Below, piece after piece: positions 9,984 through 19,372 of a stretch of DNA of 64,000 bases. The notes below the pieces were generated by a model. It searched no databases, was not told the origin of the DNA, and saw only the letters and a program-made list of their open reading frames with translations. The position numbers and the translations under genes were made by a program. Source of the stretch: Candidatus Gottesmanbacteria bacterium (GTDB lineage: Bacteria; Patescibacteriota; Microgenomatia; UBA10105; UBA927). Position 1 is the first letter of the stretch; the number at the start of each line of letters is the position of its first letter. The DNA is taken from positions 152,404 to 216,403 of the forward strand of contig CAIJMI010000004.1 in assembly GCA_903821745.1 (NCBI GenBank), read 5' to 3'.

Positions 9984-10027
9984 CGAACGCCACCAATTAT
10001 TCGGTGCAAACTTGATATAATGAACTT

Positions 10028-10333
10028 ATGTCTAAGAATCCGTTTATTAATGCCTTCAGTGCTGCGATTTATATCATTTTTGTTGTTACCGTTATGACTT
10101 TCGTAACACAACCTTTAAAGACTAAGCCAGATACTTTCTTTGCCCCCATCACATTGTTATCTATGCTTACCCTTTCTGTCACTGTAATGGCATTTTTATT
10201 TTTTTATCAACCCCTCCAACTATTTATTGATGGAAAGAAAAAGGAATCAATTAACCTATTCATTAAGACCGTTGGTGTATTTGCAGCAATTACATTGCTG
10301 ATTTTATTTCTGCTTTTTTTAGGTCTTATTTAA
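10028..10333 (+). CDS. Small 3-TM hypothetical membrane protein
   Basis: Hydrophobic ORF; TATAAT 6 nt before ATG. Confidence 0.7.
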   Translation: MSKNPFINAFSAAIYIIFVVTVMTFVTQPLKTKPDTFFAPITLLSMLTLSVTVMAFLFFYQPLQLFIDGKKKESINLFIKTVGVFAAITLLILFLLFLGLI

Positions 10334-10343
10334 TTTAAAGTAA

Positions 10344-10495
10344 TTGCTAACACCACTGACGGAACCGGAAAAATGCAGTTCTATGGAATGGTTTCCGATA
10401 GATAAATTTCCAAAAAAACTATTCCATATATTAAAGAAGTAATTACGCATTTTAAAAAATCGGAATTTTTTTCTGAGTTTGGCTGGAAGAAATAA
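10344..10495 (+). pseudogene. NUDIX hydrolase C-terminal remnant
   Basis: EPEKCSSMEWFPIDKFPK / TIPYIKEVI..F...SEFGW in two frames joined at A7 run 10412-10418; no N-terminal half. Confidence 0.55.
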
Positions 10496-10499
10496 GACA

Positions 10500-10928
10500 C
10501 TAATGATATTTTTCTTTAAATTCGTCAAACCAATCAATGGGTGCCTGAGTCTCTGTTTCCCCATTATAATTAACTAGAATTTCTTCGTCTTTTTTAATAT
10601 TGGAGGTTGCTCGATAAATCATGGTTTTTGCTTGGAAGTCTTGTTCCCATGTAGCATTAGGAGTGAATGAATGGTTATATATGGAGCCATATCCTAAAAC
10701 CATGACACCACATCGAGTACTTGTCCATGGATATAAATAATAGGCAAAAATAGTGTGTTCAGAGTGTGTTCGTTCTTTGGGGGAAAGATAGACAACAGGA
10801 GAAGTTTCGATAATTTCTCCCTTTTTAAAATTTTTGGCTGCGAAGACTCCACGCCCTTTGTGTTCAGTGTTTTTTATGACAACTGATGGAGCGAAAATAA
10901 TTGGTAAATGATTAGAGCCAATGGACAT
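10500..10928 (-). CDS. Stand-alone SET-domain lysine methyltransferase
   Basis: KGRGVFA, YNHSFTPN, IKKDEEILVNY motifs. Confidence 0.9.
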   Translation of the reverse strand: MSIGSNHLPIIFAPSVVIKNTEHKGRGVFAAKNFKKGEIIETSPVVYLSPKERTHSEHTIFAYYLYPWTSTRCGVMVLGYGSIYNHSFTPNATWEQDFQAKTMIYRATSNIKKDEEILVNYNGETETQAPIDWFDEFKEKYH

Positions 10929-11403
10929 AAGTACAACCTGTTGCTTGTTTCTTTTCTCTATCCCATCCTGCGGTTGAACATTTTTTCATTTTTTTGCCTG
11001 AAACCGTGGTATACAATACTAATTTTGCTCCGCATTCTGGACATTCTTCATCAAGAGGTTCTGTTGTTCCATTAATCCATTCGACATAGTCACATCCTAT
11101 TACCTGTTTTTTTGTTGCATCCCATCCACCGGTTGAACATTTTTTCATCTTTTTTCCGAATCGTGTCATCGTTAGAACAAGTGAAGCGCCGCATTTTGGA
11201 CATGTTTCATCTAACGTTTGTGGCTCAAAAGGAAGCCATAAAACAAAATCGCATCCATCGATTTTTTTTGTTTCAGCATTCCACATCCCCGCGGTGCAGC
11301 GGCGTAATTTTTTACCAGAGCTCGTGATAACAACTTCACCGAGCTTACTTCCACATTTTGGACAAATTTCTTGATTTTCATTTGAGACAGATGGTGTATT
11401 CAT
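10912..11403 (-). CDS. Stand-alone protein of three TopA-like C4 zinc ribbons
   Basis: 3x CPxCG..L...C...W...GC.(F/Y)V.W. Confidence 0.8.
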   Translation of the reverse strand: MNTPSVSNENQEICPKCGSKLGEVVITSSGKKLRRCTAGMWNAETKKIDGCDFVLWLPFEPQTLDETCPKCGASLVLTMTRFGKKMKKCSTGGWDATKKQVIGCDYVEWINGTTEPLDEECPECGAKLVLYTTVSGKKMKKCSTAGWDREKKQATGCTYVHWL

Positions 11404-11496
11404 ATTTTCATACTATAGCACGGATATTTGAAAATATGTATGGAGGAAAATATTTTTCAAGGGAGCTGATATACTTAAATAAGTATTGATCTGCCT

Positions 11497-13344
11497 ATGA
11501 AAATAAATGTTTCCATTATTGCACTGTTAGCGATCTTACTTGTTTTTCAATACGGAAAATTTTTTCCTGAACCTATAATTCATCCGTATCTTCTTGCAAT
11601 TGGAATCCTTGCAACGATTCCAGTATTTTTAAACGCAGTAAAATCAATGCTGCAAAAAAAAATATCTGTTGACCTTCTCGCATCAATTACACTAGTGGTC
11701 TCAATGATCAAAGGAGAATGGGTATCTGTAGGGTTCATTAATCTTATGATTACATCAGCCAGAATTTTTGGAACATATACGGAAGGAAAAGCAAAATCTG
11801 CCATTAAGGGATTGTTAAAACTTCGTCCTGACAATGTACGAATTAAACAAAAAGACGGCATTGTTGTTAGGCACATTAATGAGGTCACCATTGGAGATAT
11901 CGTTGTCGTCGAATCAGGGGAACGTATCCCTATTGATGGGAGTGTTATCCAAGGAGAGGGATCGATTAATCAGTCATCTCTCACAGGTGAATCACTTCCT
12001 ATTGAAAAACATGAAGGGGATACATTGTTAAGTTCAACACTTGTTGAATCAGGAATATTTCTTATCCGTACTGAAAAAATTGGAAAAGATACTACATTCG
12101 AAAAAATAATTGCACTCGTCGAACAGGCACAATCTGGAAAAGGTTTAATACAAACTATGGTAAATACGTTTTCCTCATGGTATATCCTTCTCACATTACT
12201 TGGCTCTTTGTCTCTCTATTTTATTTCTCATGATACTAATCTCGTCCTGAGTGTGCTTTTAGTAACCTGCGCTGATGATATTGCTGTTGCGGTTCCTATG
12301 GCATTTTATGCAGCAATTGCATATGCCGCGAAGCGGGGCATCATTATCAAGGGGGGACAATATTTAGAAGGATTAACACGGGTAAAAATGGTAGTTGTGG
12401 ATAAAACCGGTACATTAACGCGAGGCAATATTGCAGTTAGCAAAGTATATCCGTTCGGGCAATATTCAGAACAACAAGTTGTAAGTTATGCGGCTATCGC
12501 AGCGAGCATGTCACAGCACCCGATTTCGAAAGCTATTCTTTTGTATGCTCAAAAGAAACATATTGAAATTAAACAGCCTGAAATATTTGATGAGCATCCT
12601 GGGAAGGGGGTAATGGCAGTATTTCACCATCAACATATAATAGTTGGAAATAAAAAATTGTTGCTAGATAAGCATATAACTATTTCCTATGAGCAAATGC
12701 AACAATACAATAAAAGTAGTAATGCAGGATATTCTGTGTTATTTGTCGGTTATGATGGAACATGTATTGGAAATATTGTGTTAAGCGATGAGGTTCGTCC
12801 AGAAATTCGGACAACGATTCAATCTTTGAAACATTTTGGTATTCGAAATATTGTTATGTTAACAGGGGATAATGAAAAAGTTGCAAGCCATGTGATGGAA
12901 CAAACAGGAATTACTGCGTATCATGCGAATTTATTACCGGAAGATAAAGTTGCATTTATAAAATCTCATAAAGGGGGACGTCATCTTGTCGCAATGGTTG
13001 GGGATGGTGTAAATGATGCAGCTGCTCTTGCCGCCTCTGATATCGGCATTGCAATGGGAACAATCGGAACTGATGCAGCCATCGAATCTTCAGACATTGC
13101 ACTTATGCATGATAATCTACAAAAAATTCCAGAGGTAATCGCAATTGGTAGACACGTTGTAAAGATTGCTCATCAAAATTTTATTATTTGGGGGGTAGTA
13201 AATTGTATTGGTTTAGTTCTCGTATTTACAAGAGTTATTGGTCCAGCAGAGGCAGCTGCGTTTAATTTTGTGACGGACTTCTTTCCACTGATGAATTCTA
13301 TGCGACTTTTCCGTCGACAGTCTTTTGATCGTGTGATAGGATAA
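11497..13344 (+). CDS. P1B heavy-metal-type ATPase with atypical CADD transmembrane motif
   Basis: TGES, DKTGTLT, SQHP, GDGVND; LVTCADDIAVAVP at the CPC position. Confidence 0.88.
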   Translation: MKINVSIIALLAILLVFQYGKFFPEPIIHPYLLAIGILATIPVFLNAVKSMLQKKISVDLLASITLVVSMIKGEWVSVGFINLMITSARIFGTYTEGKAKSAIKGLLKLRPDNVRIKQKDGIVVRHINEVTIGDIVVVESGERIPIDGSVIQGEGSINQSSLTGESLPIEKHEGDTLLSSTLVESGIFLIRTEKIGKDTTFEKIIALVEQAQSGKGLIQTMVNTFSSWYILLTLLGSLSLYFISHDTNLVLSVLLVTCADDIAVAVPMAFYAAIAYAAKRGIIIKGGQYLEGLTRVKMVVVDKTGTLTRGNIAVSKVYPFGQYSEQQVVSYAAIAASMSQHPISKAILLYAQKKHIEIKQPEIFDEHPGKGVMAVFHHQHIIVGNKKLLLDKHITISYEQMQQYNKSSNAGYSVLFVGYDGTCIGNIVLSDEVRPEIRTTIQSLKHFGIRNIVMLTGDNEKVASHVMEQTGITAYHANLLPEDKVAFIKSHKGGRHLVAMVGDGVNDAAALAASDIGIAMGTIGTDAAIESSDIALMHDNLQKIPEVIAIGRHVVKIAHQNFIIWGVVNCIGLVLVFTRVIGPAEAAAFNFVTDFFPLMNSMRLFRRQSFDRVIG

Positions 13345-13355
13345 AGGCCACCGTT

Positions 13356-13961
13356 ATGATTACCGAACTTATCTTTGATGTTGAGACAAAAAAATTATTC
13401 AGCGATATTACAACTGATGATCCGGCTGACCTTGAAGTGTCAGTTGTTTCTGTATACAAAAGAAAATTAAATACTCTGTTTGAAGAGATAGAAGGGGAAA
13501 TGCGAAGTTTTTGGGAACAGGATTTTTCTTCCATGTGGCCATGGTTTTCTGAAGCAGATAGAATTATTGGATTTAACTCTTTAAAATTTGATGTTCCGGC
13601 GCTTCGACCATATGCGCCACTCACATTGTCAGCTCTTCCTCATTTTGACATTATGGAACTTGTGAGACAAAAAACAGGACGACGAATTGGATTAAGTGCT
13701 CTTGCAAAAGAAACGTTGGGAGATGATAAAACAGATGTCGGCACAAACGCAGTTTTATATTGGGCAAAGGGTGATTCAGTAAGTCTTCAAAAGCTCAAAA
13801 CGTACTGTGAAGCCGACGTTGCATTAACGCGGGACTTATATGATTTTGGAAGAAAAAATAAACAACTAAAGTTTCGGGATAAATGGAATAATATTGCAAC
13901 AATTGATATCGATTTTTCGTATCCAATTAAAAAAGAAGAACCGCAGATAGGATTATTTTAG
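13356..13961 (+). CDS. RNase H-like (DEDD/YprB-like) exonuclease domain protein
   Basis: FDVET, GFNSLKFD, YCEADV acidic motifs. Confidence 0.8.
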   Translation: MITELIFDVETKKLFSDITTDDPADLEVSVVSVYKRKLNTLFEEIEGEMRSFWEQDFSSMWPWFSEADRIIGFNSLKFDVPALRPYAPLTLSALPHFDIMELVRQKTGRRIGLSALAKETLGDDKTDVGTNAVLYWAKGDSVSLQKLKTYCEADVALTRDLYDFGRKNKQLKFRDKWNNIATIDIDFSYPIKKEEPQIGLF

Positions 13962-13977
13962 CTTTATAAAGGAAATT

Positions 13978-14983
13978 ATGCATACGTCTCTTCCTTCAGG
14001 AACCAAAAAACGCTTTTTTAATAATGTTTTTTTTATTGGTTTGATCAGCTTTTTTTGGTGGCATTAGCCAGGATATTTTTGTTCCCGTTTTGCCATTATA
14101 TTTGGCAAATGGGCTCCGTTTTATTGATGGAGTTGGAAAAGGGATCAAAGATTCTCCAAAAGATGCGTTGATTGCTGAATCCACAGAAGGAAAAACCCGT
14201 GGGAAAGGATTTGGTATTGTTCGTGCTCTCGATACATTTGGTTCTGTAGTGGGTCCATTGCTATTATTTGTGTTGTTATATGTTTTACGAAATAACACAT
14301 TACAATATCATTACATATTCATTATTACGGCAGTGCCATTGGTTTTCACTTTAGGTATTTTAAAATTTTTTGTGAAAGAAGCGGAGATACCAAAAATCGT
14401 TGTTACAGATCAAACAACATCCGCATTGCCGATAAAATATTATATATTCTTTGGCATTGTATTGTTTTTTTCTTTAGGAAATGCTTCCGATACGTTTCTT
14501 ATCCTTCGAGCGCAAAATGTTTGCGTAAGTCTGCTAAGCATTCCGCTTGTATATGCATTATTTAATGCAGTGTATGCGTCGGCATCAATTCCCTTGGGAA
14601 GCCTGTCGGATAAGATTGGAAGGGAAAAAGTGATTTTATTTGGATGGATTGCATATGCCGTTGCGTATTTCGGTTTTACTAAAGCGCAAACATCTCTTGC
14701 TATTTGGTTTTTATTTGCATTTTATGGAATTTATTACGCAACGACAGAGGGGGTAGTGAAAGCATTTATAGCGGATCTCGTTCTATCTGGTCATCGGGGA
14801 AAAGCATATGGAATATATAACGCGTTGATTGGTTTAATTACATTACCTGCAAGTTTTATTGCTGGATTATTGTGGGATAAGATTTCCCCAGCAACCCCAT
14901 TTTATTTTACCTCAGGAATTGCATGTATTTCCATAGTCAGCCTTTTTATTTTTATGAAAGCGTTTAGTAGAAAATTAAGATAA
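13978..14983 (+). pseudogene. MFS transporter, frameshifted and apparently internally deleted
   Basis: ATG 13978 frame breaks at T7 run 14050-14056; helix 1 (..PLYLAN) joins directly to LRFIDGVGKG. Confidence 0.7.
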
Positions 14984-15724
14984 TTTTTTTGCACGAATTG
15001 CGAGAAATAGAGGAAATTCACTTCGACTTCTATTTTCCATTTTCGCAGTATTCCCAACACTCGTTTTATCTGATATCCATTCCTCTATTTTTTCTATAAC
15101 AAATCCAGACTGTTCAAGCCACGCGCTATAGGAAGATAGAGGATAATGAAATGTCCATGTCGTTGTTTTTTGTGTTTGTCCAGGATGCATCGATATGGGG
15201 ATTTCGAGAGGAGAAAGATATCTATTTATTCTTCTGTATTGGAGTTTACTTTCTTTATCAACTTCCCATCCTGATTGTCGAGGTATTCTAAAACACGGAT
15301 GATTTATAACAAAGACAAATATACCTTTTGGTTCCAAATAGTGGAATGTATATCGTAATACGAGAGATATATTTTTGATATTATCTAGTGTCAGAATACA
15401 TACAGCATGTGAAAAAGTGTTCTGTAAATGAAGTGGTGTTGTAATATCACCAGTTATATATGTATGTTTCGTATTTTTATCGCGTTTTTTGGCAGAAGCG
15501 ATAAGCGATGGGGAGAGATCAACGCCAACATAAGGAATTGCCGGAGGGATCGCTCGGGCAAAAATTCCTTGACCACATCCTAAATCAAGAAGTGTGGATG
15601 TAGATGAAAGTGACAACAAAGTGATTGTTTTTGGGGTAACAATATTTTTATGTGTCCAGTCACCGGAATCCCCAAGCTTTTTGTCATACCATGAATGAAC
15701 AGATTGCCAGGATGAAGTCATCAT
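14975..15724 (-). CDS. Class I SAM-dependent methyltransferase
   Basis: LLDLGCGQG, GVDLS motifs. Confidence 0.9.
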   Translation of the reverse strand: MMTSSWQSVHSWYDKKLGDSGDWTHKNIVTPKTITLLSLSSTSTLLDLGCGQGIFARAIPPAIPYVGVDLSPSLIASAKKRDKNTKHTYITGDITTPLHLQNTFSHAVCILTLDNIKNISLVLRYTFHYLEPKGIFVFVINHPCFRIPRQSGWEVDKESKLQYRRINRYLSPLEIPISMHPGQTQKTTTWTFHYPLSSYSAWLEQSGFVIEKIEEWISDKTSVGNTAKMENRSRSEFPLFLAIRAKKLS

Positions 15725-16515
15725 AAAAGTTTTTGTATTGCAGGGAGCATTTTAAGAGTTGCATCAACACCTAGTTGAATAGTTGGTCCCCCATGAACAG
15801 ATTCCGTAATATTTTTTGGGGTTACGAGTGGTTCAATAACAATATCTGCGGATTTTACATTCTCTTTAGCAAGGCTGTACCGTAAGCTATTCATTGTTGA
15901 CCACGCAATAGATAATGCTGATGGCTGATTTTGTTGTTGATTTGCTTCTTTGTTGATAAGATGCGCATCACAGCTCACTGCAATGATGATATCAGCGCCC
16001 ATCTTTTTGACAACTCGTACTGGAACGGGTAATGAAGTTCCTCCATCCATTAAATAAGCGTTGCCAATTTTAATAGGCTGAAAAAGTAAAGGAACGGAAC
16101 TACTTGCTCGCATCGCAGTAAGGAGGTCTCCATGAGTGATGATAACAGGTTCACCAGTTGCAATATCCGTAGCAACTGCAGCAAAGGGAGTTACAAGAGA
16201 TTCTATGGTTCGTTTACCTATATAATGTTGTAAAAACTCAATTGCGCGTTGCCCTTTGTTAATACCTGAAGAGAACGCTGCATCTGTGAGAATCCAAGCT
16301 AAATCTCGATATCCAAATGCTTCAACGATTGTTTCAATTTTGCCAATATCCTGAAGCGCTATAAAGGAGCCACCAATAACAGAACCTGCACTGGTTCCTG
16401 CAATAATATCGATGGGAATATGATGTGCAAGTAGTGTTTTGATAACGCCAATATGGACAAGTCCGCGTACACCACCACTTCCCAAGGCTAACCCCACTTT
16501 TTTTTGTTTTGCCAT
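15721..16515 (-). CDS. Patatin-like phospholipase (RssA-like)
   Basis: LGSGGVRG, GTSAG, DGG motifs. Confidence 0.92.
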   Translation of the reverse strand: MAKQKKVGLALGSGGVRGLVHIGVIKTLLAHHIPIDIIAGTSAGSVIGGSFIALQDIGKIETIVEAFGYRDLAWILTDAAFSSGINKGQRAIEFLQHYIGKRTIESLVTPFAAVATDIATGEPVIITHGDLLTAMRASSSVPLLFQPIKIGNAYLMDGGTSLPVPVRVVKKMGADIIIAVSCDAHLINKEANQQQNQPSALSIAWSTMNSLRYSLAKENVKSADIVIEPLVTPKNITESVHGGPTIQLGVDATLKMLPAIQKLL

Positions 16516-16571
16516 ATTGATAGTATAACAATTTGTACGAGGTATATCGATTGAACTATACTCGAATTATT

Positions 16572-17026
16572 ATGAAACATATATTGGTCCTTTTTCTTAT
16601 CATATGTGGTATATTGTGGATGGTAACAACTCCAATTATTGCACTTAATCCAGGGGATATTGTTCCTATACAACAGAATATTCAGTTAACCCTGCTAACA
16701 AATACGCCCACTCCAACAATCACAACATTTCCACCAATTAAAAAACTTCCGATAGATATTCAATTAGTTATAACGAATACACCAACACTTACGGTTACAC
16801 CAACGATTGGTGTAACACCTACAACAACGGCTGTGGCAAGCCCGACGTTAACAACATCTCGTACGGAAAACCAAATTACGAAAAATGAGGCAACGGATAC
16901 AGCAACAAAAACAGTGTCTTCAAAAGACAAAATATTAGTAGAAATAATGGTCGTCTTGGTTATTTTATCATGATAGCAATAGGTTGGCCAAAGATAAAAG
17001 CATGGCTTCATAAAAAAACGGAATAA
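16572..17026 (+). CDS. Pro/Thr-rich surface protein, probable frameshift in C-terminal anchor (ORF stops at 16973)
   Basis: Signal peptide and TPT repeats; the -1 frame completes the TM plus basic tail (FIMIAIGWPKIKAWLHKKTE*). Confidence 0.55.
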
Positions 17027-17030
17027 TAAT

Positions 17031-17804
17031 TTATCGAAGAATAAAGCAAAAGAAGAGTCCTGCGAGAGTAATCCTGTAGAGGGCAAATGGTAAAAATGTA
17101 TGCTGCTTTACAAATTGAAGAAATAGTTTTATTGCAAATAACGCTGTTATAAACGCGGTGACTAATCCAATAAGCAGAATGGGAATAGTTGTTGTATTAA
17201 AAGCGAATGGCGTTTTAATGATATCAAGTCCGACAGCAGCGACCATGGTGGGAATGGCAAGAAGAAAAGAAAATTCAACAGCAATTTCTCGAGATAACCC
17301 GGAAATTAGACCGGAAAATATTGACGCTGCTGATCGTGATACGCCTGGAACCATGGAAAGAGTCTGTCCAAGACCGATAGCCATAGCCTGCATAGGTGTA
17401 ATGCCTTCGAGGGTGGTGGTCTTTGCTGGACGATTTTTTACGAACTGTTCCATGAGTAAAAATGCAATTCCTCCAATGGTAAGAGACCAAACGACAATAA
17501 ATGCGTTTCCCAGAAGAAAATGTTTTACTATTTTATATAAGAGATATCCGATAATACCGGTCGGAATAAATGCATAAAGAAGCGGTTTCCAAAGAAATTG
17601 TTTAGATAGTAACGTATGTATATATGAAACTACAACGGCGGCGATAGCGCCGAGTTGGATAATAATTTCAAATGACGTAAGAAAATCTGTTTGAGGAATG
17701 GAAAGAAGTTTTCCTGCAAGAATCATATGACCTGTTGAGGAGATTGGTAAAAACTCTGTGATTCCCTCGATAAGTCCAAGAAGGAGTGCATGAGTGATGT
17801 TCAT
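17031..17804 (-). CDS. uppP: Undecaprenyl-diphosphatase
   Basis: EGITEFLPISSTGH, PGVSRS motifs. Confidence 0.95.
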   Translation of the reverse strand: MNITHALLLGLIEGITEFLPISSTGHMILAGKLLSIPQTDFLTSFEIIIQLGAIAAVVVSYIHTLLSKQFLWKPLLYAFIPTGIIGYLLYKIVKHFLLGNAFIVVWSLTIGGIAFLLMEQFVKNRPAKTTTLEGITPMQAMAIGLGQTLSMVPGVSRSAASIFSGLISGLSREIAVEFSFLLAIPTMVAAVGLDIIKTPFAFNTTTIPILLIGLVTAFITALFAIKLFLQFVKQHTFLPFALYRITLAGLFFCFILR

Positions 17805-17809
17805 AAAAA

Positions 17810-18004
17810 TTATTTCGCTATTTCGATAACGTTATTTGGACAAGCAGCAGCAGCTTCAGTCGCAAGTTTTTTGTCTTCTTCGGTATACGTAGTATCTTCT
17901 CTTTTCAGAGTAACGATTCCTGTATAAAGGGAAAAAAGTTCTGGTGCGATTGATGCACACATACCGCAGGATAAACATTTTTCCGTGTGAATTGTAATTT
18001 TCAT
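17810..18004 (-). CDS. Small ferredoxin
   Basis: CLSCGMC...ACP. Confidence 0.85.
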   Translation of the reverse strand: MKITIHTEKCLSCGMCASIAPELFSLYTGIVTLKREDTTYTEEDKKLATEAAAACPNNVIEIAK

Positions 18005-18013
18005 AAAATCTCC

Positions 18014-18430
18014 TTATATCTTAATTTTGTACCGCTTAATATTTGTCGCTCCGTTTGTCAGTTGAGAAGTAATGGTGAGTGTTGCGCCAGTTATGTTGTA
18101 ATGCGGGGTACAGACACCCTTACTGCATGTTCCAAAATATAAGTCTCTGGAATCAGATATTAAACCCGTTGTTTGTACTGTTCCCATGACACCTTGCGCG
18201 ACGCCATTTGCCATGTAGCTTAACTCATAAGAAACTTTTTTTACTGTTCCTAAATTTTGAAATGTAACAATAACACTATTGGTTAGACGGGATAATTTTG
18301 CTGATGAATAAGAGACTGAAGGTGTACTCGCTGGTCCAATTTTTTTTACCCGTAATTTTGCAGCACATACTGGAGATGCAAAAAGAAGTAAAAATACAAT
18401 AGCAAATATGATCTGACTGGCGCATTTCAT
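18014..18430 (-). CDS. Secreted hypothetical protein
   Basis: Signal peptide; FGTCSKGVC motif; TATAAT 7 nt before ATG. Confidence 0.7.
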   Translation of the reverse strand: MKCASQIIFAIVFLLLFASPVCAAKLRVKKIGPASTPSVSYSSAKLSRLTNSVIVTFQNLGTVKKVSYELSYMANGVAQGVMGTVQTTGLISDSRDLYFGTCSKGVCTPHYNITGATLTITSQLTNGATNIKRYKIKI

Positions 18431-18477
18431 ATGTCGTATTATATACCCGAGGTGTGAAATTTGGTAGAATAAGGGAG

Positions 18478-19092
18478 ATGAAAAGGAAAATAATTATTGT
18501 AGGAGCAATCATTGCAATAGTTTTGATCGGAAGCGGTGTTTATATGTTTCGTGATAAACTTTTTAAAAAACAGAATCCTAGTGTTTTACAAGTGGTTAAG
18601 GAGGAAAAGATAGAAATGGTGACATGGGATGACCCTGCGGGATTTTCTTTTCAATATCCCAAAGAAATCACTATAAATAAACATGATGAAGATATGGAAA
18701 ATTATGCTCATCTTGAACTAACGGTCTCGTCTCACACAGGGCGATTGATCATATGGGCAAAAGATACGACATATAGTGATATTGCTACATGGATAAAAAA
18801 AGACGTGACACTAAAAGATGCGGTAGTCATCGATACAATCATCGGCGGAAAACCAGCAAAAAAAATTATTCTTACGACACCAGCAAAAAAATTGATAGCA
18901 GGCACCGTTGATGATCAAATATTATTTACCATTGAAGCAGAGCTAGCAGAAGGTGATCTATATTGGCAAAAAATATATGATTCTATAGTTCAAAGTTTTA
19001 CGTTTACATCTACTTCAGGCAATGATAGCACTGCGGAATCTTTCGTCGAAGACACAGGTCCTGTCGTTGATGAAGAGGAAGTGTTAGAATAA
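18478..19092 (+). CDS. Membrane-anchored PsbP-like fold protein
   Basis: N-terminal TM, GFSFQYP...IGGKPA...SFTF pattern. Confidence 0.6.
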   Translation: MKRKIIIVGAIIAIVLIGSGVYMFRDKLFKKQNPSVLQVVKEEKIEMVTWDDPAGFSFQYPKEITINKHDEDMENYAHLELTVSSHTGRLIIWAKDTTYSDIATWIKKDVTLKDAVVIDTIIGGKPAKKIILTTPAKKLIAGTVDDQILFTIEAELAEGDLYWQKIYDSIVQSFTFTSTSGNDSTAESFVEDTGPVVDEEEVLE

Positions 19093-19115
19093 TTCCTTGA
19101 AAGGAAAATAAGGTT

Positions 19116-19367
19116 ATGAATCTTTTTATTGGAAATTTACCATATACAATGGATAGCACCAAACTTGCTGACGTTTTTGGCCAAGCGGGAAAAATTATAT
19201 CCGCAAAAGTGATAGCAGATAAATATTCAGGAAGATCACGAGGATTTGGATTCGTCGAGATGAGTTCGGAAGAAGAAACCAAAAAAGCAATTGAACTGTT
19301 CAATGGAACTGCTGTTGATGGAAGACCACTTGTTGTGAATGTCGCAAAAACCTCAAATAAAGAATGA
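19116..19367 (+). CDS. RRM RNA-binding protein
   Basis: RNP2 LFIGNL, RNP1 RGFGFVEM. Confidence 0.95.
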   Translation: MNLFIGNLPYTMDSTKLADVFGQAGKIISAKVIADKYSGRSRGFGFVEMSSEEETKKAIELFNGTAVDGRPLVVNVAKTSNKE

Positions 19368-19372
19368 TGAAG

